DNA of 64,000 nt, taken from contig CBDEGZ010000003.1 of assembly GCA_965238175.1 (NCBI GenBank), positions 2,432,001 to 2,496,000 of the forward strand, given 5' to 3'. Made by a program: the position numbers and the translations under genes. Below the pieces are notes generated by a model. It was given only the letters and a program-made list of their open reading frames with translations, searched no databases and was not told the DNA's origin. Below are positions 9,983 through 19,983 of this stretch, in pieces. How positions within the stretch are numbered: position 1 is the stretch's first letter; every line of letters begins with the position of its first letter. Origin of the DNA: Gammaproteobacteria bacterium (GTDB lineage Bacteria; Pseudomonadota; Gammaproteobacteria; CAJXQU01).

Positions 9983-10552
9983 TTAAAATGTACGCGCTGA
10001 ACAGACGCTAATAATCTCGCAATTCTGTTTGCTGATATTTTCAAAGCGGTGTGGCAATTTACTGGAAAAATAGTAGGCATCGCCTTTTTTTAAAACACGT
10101 GTTTGATTATCAACGGTGATCCGGACTGAACCTTTGATAACGACGCCACTTTCTTCACCTTCATGTTGTAGCATTTCTTTTCCCGTATCACTTTGGGAGG
10201 GGTAGATCTCATGCAGAACGGTAAGCTTGGGATTGGGAAAATGCTGCCCAACCAGAAACATATTTATTGAATCAGTTCCTGTATCAGTAATATTAGGCAA
10301 TTCACTTTTCTTGTAGAACCATGCCGGTTCGTCTGTACCGGTTAGTGGTGAAAAGAAATCAACCATAGAGATAGGGAAGGCATCGAGTATTTTTTTCAAA
10401 GATGCGACTGATGGGCTAACGTTATTTTTCTCGATCATTGAGATCGTCCCGTTGGTCATCTTCGCACGCTTGGCAAGTTCTCGTTGAGAAATTTTAAGCT
10501 TCTGGCGCAGCTCTTTAAGCCTTTTTCCAATATCCATTGATACCTCTGACAA
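9983..10552 (-). CDS. XRE-HTH + cupin transcriptional regulator (PuuR/PauR-like)
   Basis: N-terminal HTH (LKELRQKLKISQRELAKR...SPSVASL) and C-terminal cupin (HEGEE...PHRFEN). Confidence 0.9.
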   Translation of the reverse strand: MSEVSMDIGKRLKELRQKLKISQRELAKRAKMTNGTISMIEKNNVSPSVASLKKILDAFPISMVDFFSPLTGTDEPAWFYKKSELPNITDTGTDSINMFLVGQHFPNPKLTVLHEIYPSQSDTGKEMLQHEGEESGVVIKGSVRITVDNQTRVLKKGDAYYFSSKLPHRFENISKQNCEIISVCSARTF

Positions 10553-10624
10553 CTATTATCCTGAGACCATTAATCTTAATCGAAAAGCCATCAAGATAGA
10601 ATAATAATAATTAAATAAACATCT

Positions 10625-10642
10625 TGATTAATATATTAAACA
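10625..10642. promoter_or_regulatory. Putative operator in the divergent regulator/ald promoter (copy 2)
   Basis: TGATTAATATATTAAACA, matching the 9946-9963 motif. Confidence 0.45.
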
Positions 10643-10706
10643 CTATCTATAATATAAACCACAACATGGTCTACTAAAAATTCATTCGAATTGTAGGAGA
10701 AACGCG

Positions 10707-11834
10707 ATGCTTATTGGAGTACCTACTGAAATCAAACCTCATGAGTACAGAGTTGGTTTAACCCCTGCATGTGTTAAAGAAATTTGTATGCAAGGACATG
10801 ATGTGATCGTTCAGTCAGATGCAGGGAATGCTATTGGTTTAACCAACGAGCATTATAAGGGTGCCGGAGCACGAATTGTTGATGTGGATACCGTATTTGA
10901 ACAATCCGATATGGTCATTAAGGTTAAGGAACCTCAATCGCAAGAATGTGCCAAATTAAAGAATGATCAAATCCTCTTTACCTATCTGCATCTGGCTGCT
11001 GATAAGTTACAAACGAGCTTATTGGCAGAATCAGGTTGCACTGCTATTGCCTATGAGACCGTCACGGATCAAAATAACCAATTGCCATTACTTGCACCCA
11101 TGAGTGAAGTTGCAGGTCGGATGTCCATCCAGACAGGTGCTCATTGTCTGGAGCATGTCGTTGGTGGTCGGGGCGTCCTTCTTGGCGGCGTACCAGGCGT
11201 CAAACCTGCAAAAGTTGTGATTATTGGAGGAGGTATTGTTGGTACCAGTGCGATGGAAATGGCTGTCGGTATGCACGCTCATGTCGTGGTACTTGATCGC
11301 GATCTAAAACGTTTAAGAGAACTGGATAGTTTGATGCATGGGCGCATTGAAACTATATTTTCCACAACTGAATCCTTACAAGAACATGTGATTTCAGCTG
11401 ATCTTGTTATTGGCTCAGTGCTATTGCCTGGTGCTGCCGCACCGAAGCTTCTTAGCAAGGAACTTATTAAAGAAATGAAACCCGGCTCTGCGATTGTAGA
11501 CGTGGCTATCGATCAGGGCGGCTGTTCGGAAAACAGCAAACCCACTACCCATTCAGACCCCACGTTTATCATTGATGATGTCGTCCATTATTGTGTGGCT
11601 AATATGCCAGGAGCAGTTGCCCATACCTCCACTTATGCCTTGACCAACGCCACATTACCTTATGTACTACAGATCGCGAATAAAGGTTGGAAATCTGCAA
11701 TGAAAGAACATGTTGGTTTAAGAAATGGTCTGAATGTTCACGCAGGTAAGGTTACTTGCGAGGCCGTAGCAAAGAGTCTTGAATTTGATTACACCTCACC
11801 AGATGAGGTTTTAGATTTGCCTCAGCTTGCATAA
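10707..11834 (+). CDS. ald: Alanine dehydrogenase
   Basis: Motifs MLIGVPTEIK.HEYRV, KVKEP, LFTYLHLA, PMSEVAGR, DVAIDQGGC and HYCVANMPG. Confidence 0.96.
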   Translation: MLIGVPTEIKPHEYRVGLTPACVKEICMQGHDVIVQSDAGNAIGLTNEHYKGAGARIVDVDTVFEQSDMVIKVKEPQSQECAKLKNDQILFTYLHLAADKLQTSLLAESGCTAIAYETVTDQNNQLPLLAPMSEVAGRMSIQTGAHCLEHVVGGRGVLLGGVPGVKPAKVVIIGGGIVGTSAMEMAVGMHAHVVVLDRDLKRLRELDSLMHGRIETIFSTTESLQEHVISADLVIGSVLLPGAAAPKLLSKELIKEMKPGSAIVDVAIDQGGCSENSKPTTHSDPTFIIDDVVHYCVANMPGAVAHTSTYALTNATLPYVLQIANKGWKSAMKEHVGLRNGLNVHAGKVTCEAVAKSLEFDYTSPDEVLDLPQLA

Positions 11835-11840
11835 ATACAA

Positions 11841-13211
11841 GTGACCGAAAATGACAATCAAAAAACAGAGGGTAATCTTTTGACAATCAATAATACCCAA
11901 CAGGGTCAACTTCCAAGCTATTGGATGCCATTTAGCGCAAACCGTAAATTTAATGCTGATCCAATCATGTTCGTCGGTGCCAAAGGAATGTACTTCACCC
12001 GTGATAACGGTGCGAAAGTGCTTGATGGAATTGCCGGTCTTTGGTGTACCGCCTGTGGTCATGGTCGGCCAGAAATTACAGATGCTGTACAAAAACAGCT
12101 GACCGAAATGGACTATTCAACGCCATTTCAGATCAGCCACCCACAAGCTTTCGAATTTGCAACAAGACTGTGTGAAAAAGCACCCGAAGGACTTGAGCGA
12201 GTCTTCTATTCTAACTCTGGGTCAGAAGCAATGGACACGGCTCTGAAAATTGTGCTGGGTTATCACGCCGCTCGGGGAGAAGGGCAAAGAACCCGACTAA
12301 TCGGACGTGAAAAAAGTTATCACGGTGTAGGCTTTGGAGGTATTTCCATTGGTGGGATCGACAATAATCGCAAGGGCTTTGGCCCACTTCTTTCGGGAGT
12401 AGATCACCTGCCGCATACACTTAATCAAGATCACAATACCTTTTGCCGTGGATTACCGCCATGGGGCGAACACCTCGCCGATGATCTTGAGCGTATTATC
12501 AACTTGCACGGTGCCGAGACAATCGCGGCAGTCATTGTTGAACCAGTATCCGGTGCTGGTGGCGTGATTATACCTGCACCGGGGTATTTACAAAAACTTC
12601 GGGAAACCTGTACTCAGAATGGGATCCTGCTTATTTTTGATGAAGTGATTACCGGCTTCGGCCGTCTGGGGCACCCTTTTGCAGGGGACTTTTTTGGTGT
12701 CACACCAGATATCCTGACCACGGCGAAGGCGCTGACTAACGCGACCATTCCGATGGGCGCAACACTGCTAACAAGCAAGATCCAGGATGCTTTTTTACAA
12801 GGTCCAGAAAATTTACCCGAATTTTTCCATGGTTATACCTATTCTGGTCACCCGGTCTCAATAGCTGCGGCAAATGCAACTCAAGATATTTTTGACACAG
12901 AAAACTTATGGACCAGAGTGCAACAGATTGGGCCTGTCTATGAAGAAAAGATTCACGCTTTACGTGAGGATCCTTATGTCAAAGATATTCGTAATATAGG
13001 CTTAATGGGTGCTGTTGATCTAGAAAGTAGTGAGAAAGGCATCGGTGTACGAGCTAACAAGGTTTTTAAGGCATGCCTCGAACGCGGCATCCTCGTTCGT
13101 CCCATCGGAGATAGCATTATTACCGCACCTCCACTGGTAATAACGGAAGAGCAAATAGACGAAACCTTCGGTGTATTATCTGAAGTATTAAATTCTCAAG
13201 AAATTCAGTAA
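11841..13211 (+). CDS. bauA: Omega-amino acid:pyruvate aminotransferase (class III, BauA-like)
   Basis: Motifs YWMPFSANR.F, GLWC, SGSEA, YHGV, FDEVITGFGR and TAK (PLP lysine). Confidence 0.85.
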   Translation: MTENDNQKTEGNLLTINNTQQGQLPSYWMPFSANRKFNADPIMFVGAKGMYFTRDNGAKVLDGIAGLWCTACGHGRPEITDAVQKQLTEMDYSTPFQISHPQAFEFATRLCEKAPEGLERVFYSNSGSEAMDTALKIVLGYHAARGEGQRTRLIGREKSYHGVGFGGISIGGIDNNRKGFGPLLSGVDHLPHTLNQDHNTFCRGLPPWGEHLADDLERIINLHGAETIAAVIVEPVSGAGGVIIPAPGYLQKLRETCTQNGILLIFDEVITGFGRLGHPFAGDFFGVTPDILTTAKALTNATIPMGATLLTSKIQDAFLQGPENLPEFFHGYTYSGHPVSIAAANATQDIFDTENLWTRVQQIGPVYEEKIHALREDPYVKDIRNIGLMGAVDLESSEKGIGVRANKVFKACLERGILVRPIGDSIITAPPLVITEEQIDETFGVLSEVLNSQEIQ

Positions 13212-13487
13212 TGACAACAAATAGACTAAAGGCTGATGCTATTCTTCAACTAGATAATGAACGAACTATAATTTAATCCGGGAGCGGAAACAGGCTGGCA
13301 CAAGCACAAGTATGATTACATTGTCGTTCCAAATATTAAAGGCAATCTTCTCCTTGAAACTAGCGATGGTGAAAGTATTGCAATGCTTGAGGCAGGCCAA
13401 GCTTATTATAGACCTGCAGGTATAGAACATAATGTAATCAATGTGAATGATTATTCATTTTCTTTTGTGGAAATAGAGTTGAAATAA
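13211..13487 (+). pseudogene. bauB: Frameshifted cupin, beta-alanine degradation protein BauB-like
   Basis: Not in the ORF track. Frame 1 gives MTTNRLKADAILQLDNERTII* (13211-13276). The shifted frame from 13272 gives FNPGAETGWHKHKYDYIVVP...AGIEHNVINVNDYSFSFVEIELK*. The TEWR-like segment usually found between these parts is missing. Confidence 0.85.
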
Positions 13488-13553
13488 AAAATTAACAAAG
13501 TGTTCGTTCAGACTATATACCAATCAGGTCAAAAAGAACATCAGAGAGGCTAG

Positions 13554-14288
13554 ATGACAATGACAATAGCAATCAACTGCGATATGGGTGAGAGTTTTGG
13601 TCTCTACAAGATGGGAGATGATGAAGGCATCATGCCCTATGTGACAGAGGCCAATATTGCTTGTGGTTTTCATGGTTCAGACCCTAACCATATGAAAAAA
13701 ACGGTTGCGTTAGCAAAACAATCCGGTGTAAAAATCGGTGCTCACTTTTCCTTGCCTGATCTGGCTGGCTTCGGTAGGAGAGAAATGAAAATCGATCATG
13801 AGGAAATGGCCAATATTATTCTTTATCAGGTAGGTGCTTTAAAAGGGTTTCTTGATATGGCCGGCATACCACTAAATCATCTCAAACCCCATGGCGCACT
13901 CTATGGCATGGCCGCTCGTGAAGAACATATCGCGGAGGCAATTGCCGATATCGCCGTGCATTATCAAGTGCCCGTTTTCGGTCTTGCAGGTACCTTGCAC
14001 GAAGAGGTCTATACCGCACGAGGGATTGAGTTTCGAGCCGAGTTTTTTGCAGATCTGGATTATGACAATCAAGGCAACTTGGTGATCACACGCGAACATA
14101 AAGCCGTTCCACCAGCACAAGCAGCACAACGCTCAGTTCGTGCGGTTACCGACAATTTGGTTCAAAGCCTGGACGGTAGCGATGTCGCGGTGCGCGCCGA
14201 AACTATCTGTGTACATTCTGATACTCCCGAATCTGTGGAAATCGCACGCGCAGTACATACCGCTTTAACGCCGTATCTGTTCGCGTAA
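13554..14288 (+). CDS. pxpA: LamB/YcsF family protein (5-oxoprolinase subunit PxpA-like)
   Basis: Motifs INCDMGESFG, NIACGFH, GFGRR, KPHGALY and ICVHSDTP. Confidence 0.9.
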   Translation: MTMTIAINCDMGESFGLYKMGDDEGIMPYVTEANIACGFHGSDPNHMKKTVALAKQSGVKIGAHFSLPDLAGFGRREMKIDHEEMANIILYQVGALKGFLDMAGIPLNHLKPHGALYGMAAREEHIAEAIADIAVHYQVPVFGLAGTLHEEVYTARGIEFRAEFFADLDYDNQGNLVITREHKAVPPAQAAQRSVRAVTDNLVQSLDGSDVAVRAETICVHSDTPESVEIARAVHTALTPYLFA

Positions 14289-14322
14289 CTTTATAATTGG
14301 TATTAAAACAAAGGAGAACCCT

Positions 14323-14565
14323 ATGGCTAAGTCAGAAATTCGCTCCCCATTACCAGGCACCTTTTATCATCGTTCTGCCCCTGATCAACCTCCATTTATG
14401 GAACCAGGTAAACAAGTAATGGTAGGTGACACCCTCGGTTTGATCGAGGTCATGAAATCATTTCATCCTGTCGCTGCTGAGGTCGATGGCGTATTTACGG
14501 CTTATCTCGTCAACAGTGATGAAGCCGTTATGCCAGGACAGGTTTTGCTGGAAATCGAAAGCTAA
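14323..14565 (+). CDS. Stand-alone biotin carboxyl carrier protein
   Basis: IRSPLPGTFY and the biotinyl motif IEVMKS; 80 aa. Confidence 0.9.
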   Translation: MAKSEIRSPLPGTFYHRSAPDQPPFMEPGKQVMVGDTLGLIEVMKSFHPVAAEVDGVFTAYLVNSDEAVMPGQVLLEIES

Positions 14566-14583
14566 AAAAGGATAATTTAAAAG

Positions 14584-15972
14584 ATGCCAATCAATAAGCT
14601 ACTTATTGCAAATCGAGGGGAAATTGCCATACGCATCATCCGGGCCGCTCGTGACTTAGGAATCAAGACTATTCAGGTATACAGTTCAGCGGATGCAGAT
14701 TCCCTGGCTGTTCAATTGGCTGATGAAGCGATTGAGATCGGTCCACCTCAAGCGGCAAAATCTTATCTTGATAGTGCCGCTATACTTGCTGCTGCTAAAA
14801 AAATGAGGGCTGATGCTGTTCACCCTGGGTACGGTTTTCTTGCTGAGAATGCAGATTTCGCGGATGCAATTGAAGCTGCTGGCATGCACTTTGTTGGACC
14901 CAATGGCAAAACTATTCGACTGATGGGGGATAAGGCTGCGGCACGTCAAGCAGCAAAAGATTCAGGCGTACCGACGGTACCAGGAAGCAATGGCTTGTTT
15001 GAAAATCTTGATGAAGCACTTTCGCTTGCTGTCTCCATTGGTTTTCCTGTCATGGTCAAAGCAACCGCAGGCGGTGGTGGGCGTGGCATCAGGATCATAA
15101 ACGATGAATCTGAATTTATGGAATTAGCACCACAGGCAGCCGCTGAGGCAAAAGCAGCATTCGGCGATGGTGGTCTTTATCTTGAAAAACTAATCACAGG
15201 CGCTCGCCATATCGAAGTACAAATCCTCGGTGATGGCAATCGAGTGATTCACTGTTTTGAACGTGAATGCTCAATACAACGACGCAGACAAAAAATCTGG
15301 GAAGAAGCACCCGCAGCCCCCTTATCGCAAGCAACGCGTGACAAGCTTTACGCCTCCTCGGTAGCACTGGCAGAATCGGTTGATTATCGAGGTGTCGGTA
15401 CGGTCGAATATCTTTACGATGATAATACTAATGAATTTTACTTCATTGAAATGAACACCCGAATTCAGGTTGAACACCCTGTGACCGAATATATTACTGG
15501 AATCGATCTGGTGGCAGAAATGATCAAAATCTGTGGTGGCGAACCACTGTCACTACAACAATCTGATCTTGCGATTAGAGGGCATGCTATTGAAGTACGT
15601 ATTAATGCTGAAGATCCATCGAATAACTTCATGCCTTTTCCAGGCCTTGTGGGCGAATTCCGTGCCCCTGATGGCCCCGGTATTCGCTTCGATCATATGC
15701 TTTTTAGCGGTTATCAAATACCGCCATTTTATGATTCTTTGTTGGGTAAACTTGTTGTTTGGGCCAACACGCGCGAACAGGCTATTCTCAGACTCAAACG
15801 CGCCTTTACTGAACTGCATATCAGCGGCCTGAAGACGACACTGCCTCTGTTTCTGGCATTAGCTGAGGATCAAGATGTGCTCTCAGGACAAGTACACACG
15901 AACTGGCTGGAACCCTGGTTAGAAGAACATCAGAGCAAACTGGTCAATCTGGAAGGAAAAAACATATTATGA
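14584..15972 (+). CDS. Biotin carboxylase subunit (AccC-like)
   Basis: Motifs LIANRGEIA, HPGYGFLAEN, GGGGRG, ECSIQRR, EMNTRIQVEH and RINAED. Confidence 0.93.
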   Translation: MPINKLLIANRGEIAIRIIRAARDLGIKTIQVYSSADADSLAVQLADEAIEIGPPQAAKSYLDSAAILAAAKKMRADAVHPGYGFLAENADFADAIEAAGMHFVGPNGKTIRLMGDKAAARQAAKDSGVPTVPGSNGLFENLDEALSLAVSIGFPVMVKATAGGGGRGIRIINDESEFMELAPQAAAEAKAAFGDGGLYLEKLITGARHIEVQILGDGNRVIHCFERECSIQRRRQKIWEEAPAAPLSQATRDKLYASSVALAESVDYRGVGTVEYLYDDNTNEFYFIEMNTRIQVEHPVTEYITGIDLVAEMIKICGGEPLSLQQSDLAIRGHAIEVRINAEDPSNNFMPFPGLVGEFRAPDGPGIRFDHMLFSGYQIPPFYDSLLGKLVVWANTREQAILRLKRAFTELHISGLKTTLPLFLALAEDQDVLSGQVHTNWLEPWLEEHQSKLVNLEGKNIL

Positions 15973-16844
15973 GTGCGAGATATTCTTTTGGTGGTGACGA
16001 ACATATTTTTGTTGAAGTTAGTGAAGAGATGGCACTGGAAGCTTTTTTTAAAGGCTTATCCATGACAAACGCCATTCGCGATGCTGCAATCACAGGTGTC
16101 ACTGAAATCTGTGCGGCGAACGCTTCATTTCAGGTCAAATTCGATCCTGATCTGATCCACCCCGATGAAATGATGGACACAATAAAACGTTTCGAGGAAG
16201 CTGCTGATCAGTCTGATGCCGTGTTAAACACCCGTATCATTGAGATCCCCGTTTATTATCAGGATCCCTGGACTCATGAAACACAAATGAGATTCAGAGA
16301 ACGCCACCAGACACCTGAATCTACCGATATAGAATTCGCCGCTGATGCCAATGGCTACAAAACAGTCGATGATTTTATCGAAGCACATTCAGGCTCGCCC
16401 TGGTTCGTATCAATGGTCGGTTTTGTTGCAGGCCTGCCATTTCTTTATCAAATGGTCGATAGGCCTCGCCAGATCCAGGTACCCAAATATTTGAGACCAC
16501 GTACCGATACACCGAAATTAACGATTGGCTATGGCGGTTGCTTCACTTGTATTTATTCCGTGCGTGGCGCTGGCGGTTATCAAATGTTCGGTATCACACC
16601 CATGCCAATTTATGATCCACAACAAAAGATAAGCTACCTGAAAGATTTTATGGTGTTCTTTAGACCTGGTGATATTGTCAAATGGAAACCTATCGATCGC
16701 AGCACGTACGAACAGATGGTTGTGGATGTCGAAGCAGGTAAATTCCAGCCTCTAATACGTGAAGTTGTATTTTCACTAAAAGACTACAACAAAGATATTG
16801 ATGGAACCAACACAAAACTTAAGGAGGCGCTCTATGCCGATTAA
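15969..16844 (+). CDS. Carboxyltransferase domain / allophanate hydrolase subunit 1 (PxpB-like)
   Basis: Motifs GFVAGLPF, RPRTDTP and GAGGYQMFG.TP, as in the urea-carboxylase CT domain. Confidence 0.85.
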   Translation: MSARYSFGGDEHIFVEVSEEMALEAFFKGLSMTNAIRDAAITGVTEICAANASFQVKFDPDLIHPDEMMDTIKRFEEAADQSDAVLNTRIIEIPVYYQDPWTHETQMRFRERHQTPESTDIEFAADANGYKTVDDFIEAHSGSPWFVSMVGFVAGLPFLYQMVDRPRQIQVPKYLRPRTDTPKLTIGYGGCFTCIYSVRGAGGYQMFGITPMPIYDPQQKISYLKDFMVFFRPGDIVKWKPIDRSTYEQMVVDVEAGKFQPLIREVVFSLKDYNKDIDGTNTKLKEALYAD

Positions 16845-17805
16845 TGTCAACAGTCCAGGACTCGCAACCACAATCCAGGATCTGGGGCGTCCCGGTTATT
16901 ATCATTTGGGGATACCAATGGGGGGGGCTATGGACAGACTGGCAATGCGCGCGGCTAACTTACTGGTAGGGAATAGCGAAGACGCTGCCGGTCTGGAAGT
17001 CGTGTTTATGGGGCCAGAACTGGAATTCACTGAGGAAGCCATCGTCGCTGTCACTGGTGCCGAATTGCCACCTAAGCTTGATGGTGAATCTCTTGAGACA
17101 TGGACTTCATTCAAGATCAAAGCGGGACAAGTTCTGTCTTTTGATTATTTACGCGAAGGTGCACGGGCCTATATTGCAATCTCTGGCGGCATTGCAACAC
17201 CAAAAGCGCTCGGTAACCGCTCAACCTATACTATTGGTGCACTGGGAGGTATTGATGGCCGAGCTATTCAGAAGGATGACACCTTACCCCTTGGTTCACA
17301 AAAAACTGCTATTGAGGGGCAAAACCTGCCTCAACATTTACAGCGCAAACCTGGTAACCCGGCGGAACTACGGGTGCTGCCTGGCCTTTATTGGCATCGC
17401 CTGACTGAAGAAGCACAAGAAACGTTTTTTGATGATAGCTGGAAAGTGGCATCTGAAGCTGATCGCATGGGTTATCGCTTTCAAGGTGGCCAGGCACTGA
17501 GCTTTGTTGAGCGCGAAGCACCGTTTGGAGCAGGCTCTGATCCTTCCAATATCACAGATGCTGGTTATCCTTACGGTTCTATACAAGTGCCCAGTGGTGC
17601 TGAACCAATTGTCTTGCATCGTGATGCGGTCTCGGGTGGCGGCTACTTTATGCTAGGCACTATTATTTCAGCAGACATGGATCTGATCGGTCAACTACAA
17701 CCAAATACCGAAACACGCTTCATCAAGGTCAACATGCAAACGGCAATGGAAGCCAGACGTGAACGCAAGGCAACACTGGGTGAGATCCGCATGGCACTTG
17801 CCTGA
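16834..17805 (+). CDS. Biotin-dependent carboxyltransferase / allophanate hydrolase subunit 2 (PxpC-like)
   Basis: Motifs PGLATTIQDLGRPG, GAMD, DRMGYR, GSIQVP and DAVSGGGY. ATG at 16834 follows an AAGGAGG RBS. Confidence 0.88.
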   Translation: MPINVNSPGLATTIQDLGRPGYYHLGIPMGGAMDRLAMRAANLLVGNSEDAAGLEVVFMGPELEFTEEAIVAVTGAELPPKLDGESLETWTSFKIKAGQVLSFDYLREGARAYIAISGGIATPKALGNRSTYTIGALGGIDGRAIQKDDTLPLGSQKTAIEGQNLPQHLQRKPGNPAELRVLPGLYWHRLTEEAQETFFDDSWKVASEADRMGYRFQGGQALSFVEREAPFGAGSDPSNITDAGYPYGSIQVPSGAEPIVLHRDAVSGGGYFMLGTIISADMDLIGQLQPNTETRFIKVNMQTAMEARRERKATLGEIRMALA

Positions 17806-17996
17806 CCACCCTCCAGCATATTGGCATTAATACCAAGTCTTTTGACAACTTCTGAACGATTATAGTGTTGTTCTTTTATCAAACTCTCTGCATCCAGTTT
17901 GAATTTTTTCGAATACTTCTTGCGTACTGCCATTTTATTTCCTCAGTTAAGTAAATTATCCTTAACTAAGTTGTACTAATCATTTAAGCCACTTTA
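17806..17996 (-). mobile_element. IS3-family remnant (left end plus orfA N-terminus)
   Basis: MAVRKKYSKKFKLDA...SEVVKRLGINANML is an HTH_Tnp_1-like start, truncated at the pxpC-like stop. The upstream AAAGTGGCTTAAATGATTAGTACAAC resembles a degenerate IRL. Confidence 0.7.
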
Positions 17997-18052
17997 AACC
18001 TCTTGCTCGCTACAAGCTGTATTCACATTATTAAAGACACATACGTGCCAGA

Positions 18053-18388
18053 TTATTTTTCTTTCTTCTTTTTTTTCTTCTTTTTCTTTTCTTCTTCAGG
18101 AGCTCTAATCATAGCGCAATGGACTTCTTCTTCACTTAAAGCTCTGACAATTTTACCTGCGACTTGTGGTAGTACTGTCGTACACCTGAATGTTCCATCG
18201 TAGGTAACAATGGTTGTGATCAAGTCATTGTTACTTGTGCTAAATGTACTGGTCGTTATATGTAAAATTCTATCCTGGTACTTTTGTAAAATATCAGCTT
18301 CAGTTAGATCGCTTTCGACCCAACTCGCTGCGCCAAAAGCATTGCAGACCACCATGCTTAAAAAAATGCTATATATTGATTTTTTCAA
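18053..18388 (-). CDS. Small putative exported protein with a poly-Lys C-terminus
   Basis: Signal-peptide-like start (KKSIYSIFLSMVVCNAFG), GAGG RBS before a TTG start, and the tail EEEKKKKKKKKKEK. Confidence 0.5.
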   Translation of the reverse strand: MKKSIYSIFLSMVVCNAFGAASWVESDLTEADILQKYQDRILHITTSTFSTSNNDLITTIVTYDGTFRCTTVLPQVAGKIVRALSEEEVHCAMIRAPEEEKKKKKKKKKEK

Positions 18389-18742
18389 TTTTCTTTAACC
18401 TCGTGTGACAATTACATTTTTAAAACTGCGTGTGAAATGAGACGTATGGATTGAAATATACCTGTGCCTTTTGCACATCCCGTGGGAACCTGTTTTGGCC
18501 AGGATAATACTTGAGCAAATTTTTATGTTCTGTATGTTGTATTCTCTTCGACATTAAAAATTCTTATTGATTTTCCTTTGGCTAATTTTCAGATTATTCC
18601 TGTACCATTTGGTACTACATGACTCACAACAGAATCTACTAGATCATTTACTAACCCAGTATCGGACTTACACCACACACTCTGTTAGACACTTCGATTA
18701 GCTCCTCAAGTTCAGGCCTTGAATAATGTGATGTTATCGACA

Positions 18743-19798
18743 CTACAATTGATTGAAGGATCTATAAAGTTGATTGACTGTAGCAATTGCTTTGTCACTA
18801 GTGTCCCATTCACCATCGCCATCAACTGGAACAATTTTGGTGCTACTATCGCCAAGATCGGTCAGGCTAAGACGTACACTTTTGTCATCATCCGAGTCCG
18901 GGGATTCTAAATGTTTAAACACACCGGACAGACGGATTTTCAATCCCTCATCTTTCTCCTTTTGCGTACCTAAGGTATAGAGACCACGTAAACTATCCGC
19001 TTCGCTGATATTGAGACCGATCTGCTTCAAAGCCCGTGCTGTACTGAACCAGGCTTGCTCAAAACCCTCCAGCAAATGTATAGAAACCTTGCCATTTCCG
19101 GTATCGATTAATTTCACTCTGGTGGTTGCCGAGTCAGAGACACTGGAAACAGGTCCTGATAAATCAGCTGAGATCTGGCTAGAAGTAGCCGTTACTACTG
19201 TGTCCAAACGTTGCGTGTTGTTCAATTCTTCTGTTTTTTGAATGGAGTTGTTGTTCTCCGAAAAGGCCTTGTGGAGTTGTTTGATCGTGTCGACAGCTAC
19301 GTCGCGCGTATCCCAGTTGCCTGCCCCGTCAACAGGAACGATTTTCGTACTATTATCTTCCAAACTAATCAATCTGATACGTACACTCTTTACACCCTCT
19401 GAACCATCCTTACCAAAAGATTCCAATGATTCTAAATGCTTTAGTACTCCTGAGGTTCGTATTACAAAACTTTTATCTTTTTTTTCTTTTGGTTTTTGTT
19501 TCAAAATATAGAACCCACGCTGAGCATTGGCCTCACTAATCTCAAAACCAACCAACTCAACGGCACTGGACGTACTTTGCCAGGCTTGCTCAAAACTCTC
19601 GCGCAAGCGGACAGAAACCTTATCGTTACCAGAATCAACCAAGTGTACATAGCCTCCTGACTGAAGTTCGCCGATACTCCGATCAGATACAAGTGTATAT
19701 GTATTTGGTGTGGAAACCACACGACTACAGCCAGCCATAAAGACAACAATAATCAACAGGTTCGATATAACAATTTGTCTTAGCATAGGAATACTCAT
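18743..19798 (-). CDS. Lipoprotein with two tandem BamC/NlpB-like domains
   Basis: Lipobox FMAGC and two copies of FEQAW..T..A....G..ISEA...RG.Y.L...SGV.KHLES...STKIVPVDG.G.WDT. Confidence 0.65.
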   Translation of the reverse strand: MSIPMLRQIVISNLLIIVVFMAGCSRVVSTPNTYTLVSDRSIGELQSGGYVHLVDSGNDKVSVRLRESFEQAWQSTSSAVELVGFEISEANAQRGFYILKQKPKEKKDKSFVIRTSGVLKHLESLESFGKDGSEGVKSVRIRLISLEDNSTKIVPVDGAGNWDTRDVAVDTIKQLHKAFSENNNSIQKTEELNNTQRLDTVVTATSSQISADLSGPVSSVSDSATTRVKLIDTGNGKVSIHLLEGFEQAWFSTARALKQIGLNISEADSLRGLYTLGTQKEKDEGLKIRLSGVFKHLESPDSDDDKSVRLSLTDLGDSSTKIVPVDGDGEWDTSDKAIATVNQLYRSFNQL

Positions 19799-19983
19799 TT
19801 GCAGATTGAAAATAATTTTAGAAAGAAGAAAATGATCAATCTCTCTAGTCGTTGACTCGCAAGCGATATTTAACCGGCACAGAAACCCTTTCCCTTTATC
19901 TTTTTTGGTTAAATTATTATGTACAGTGGCTCAAGCCTTAATTCTTCCTTTCTTACACGAAACTTAGACTCTGTAATAAAAAA

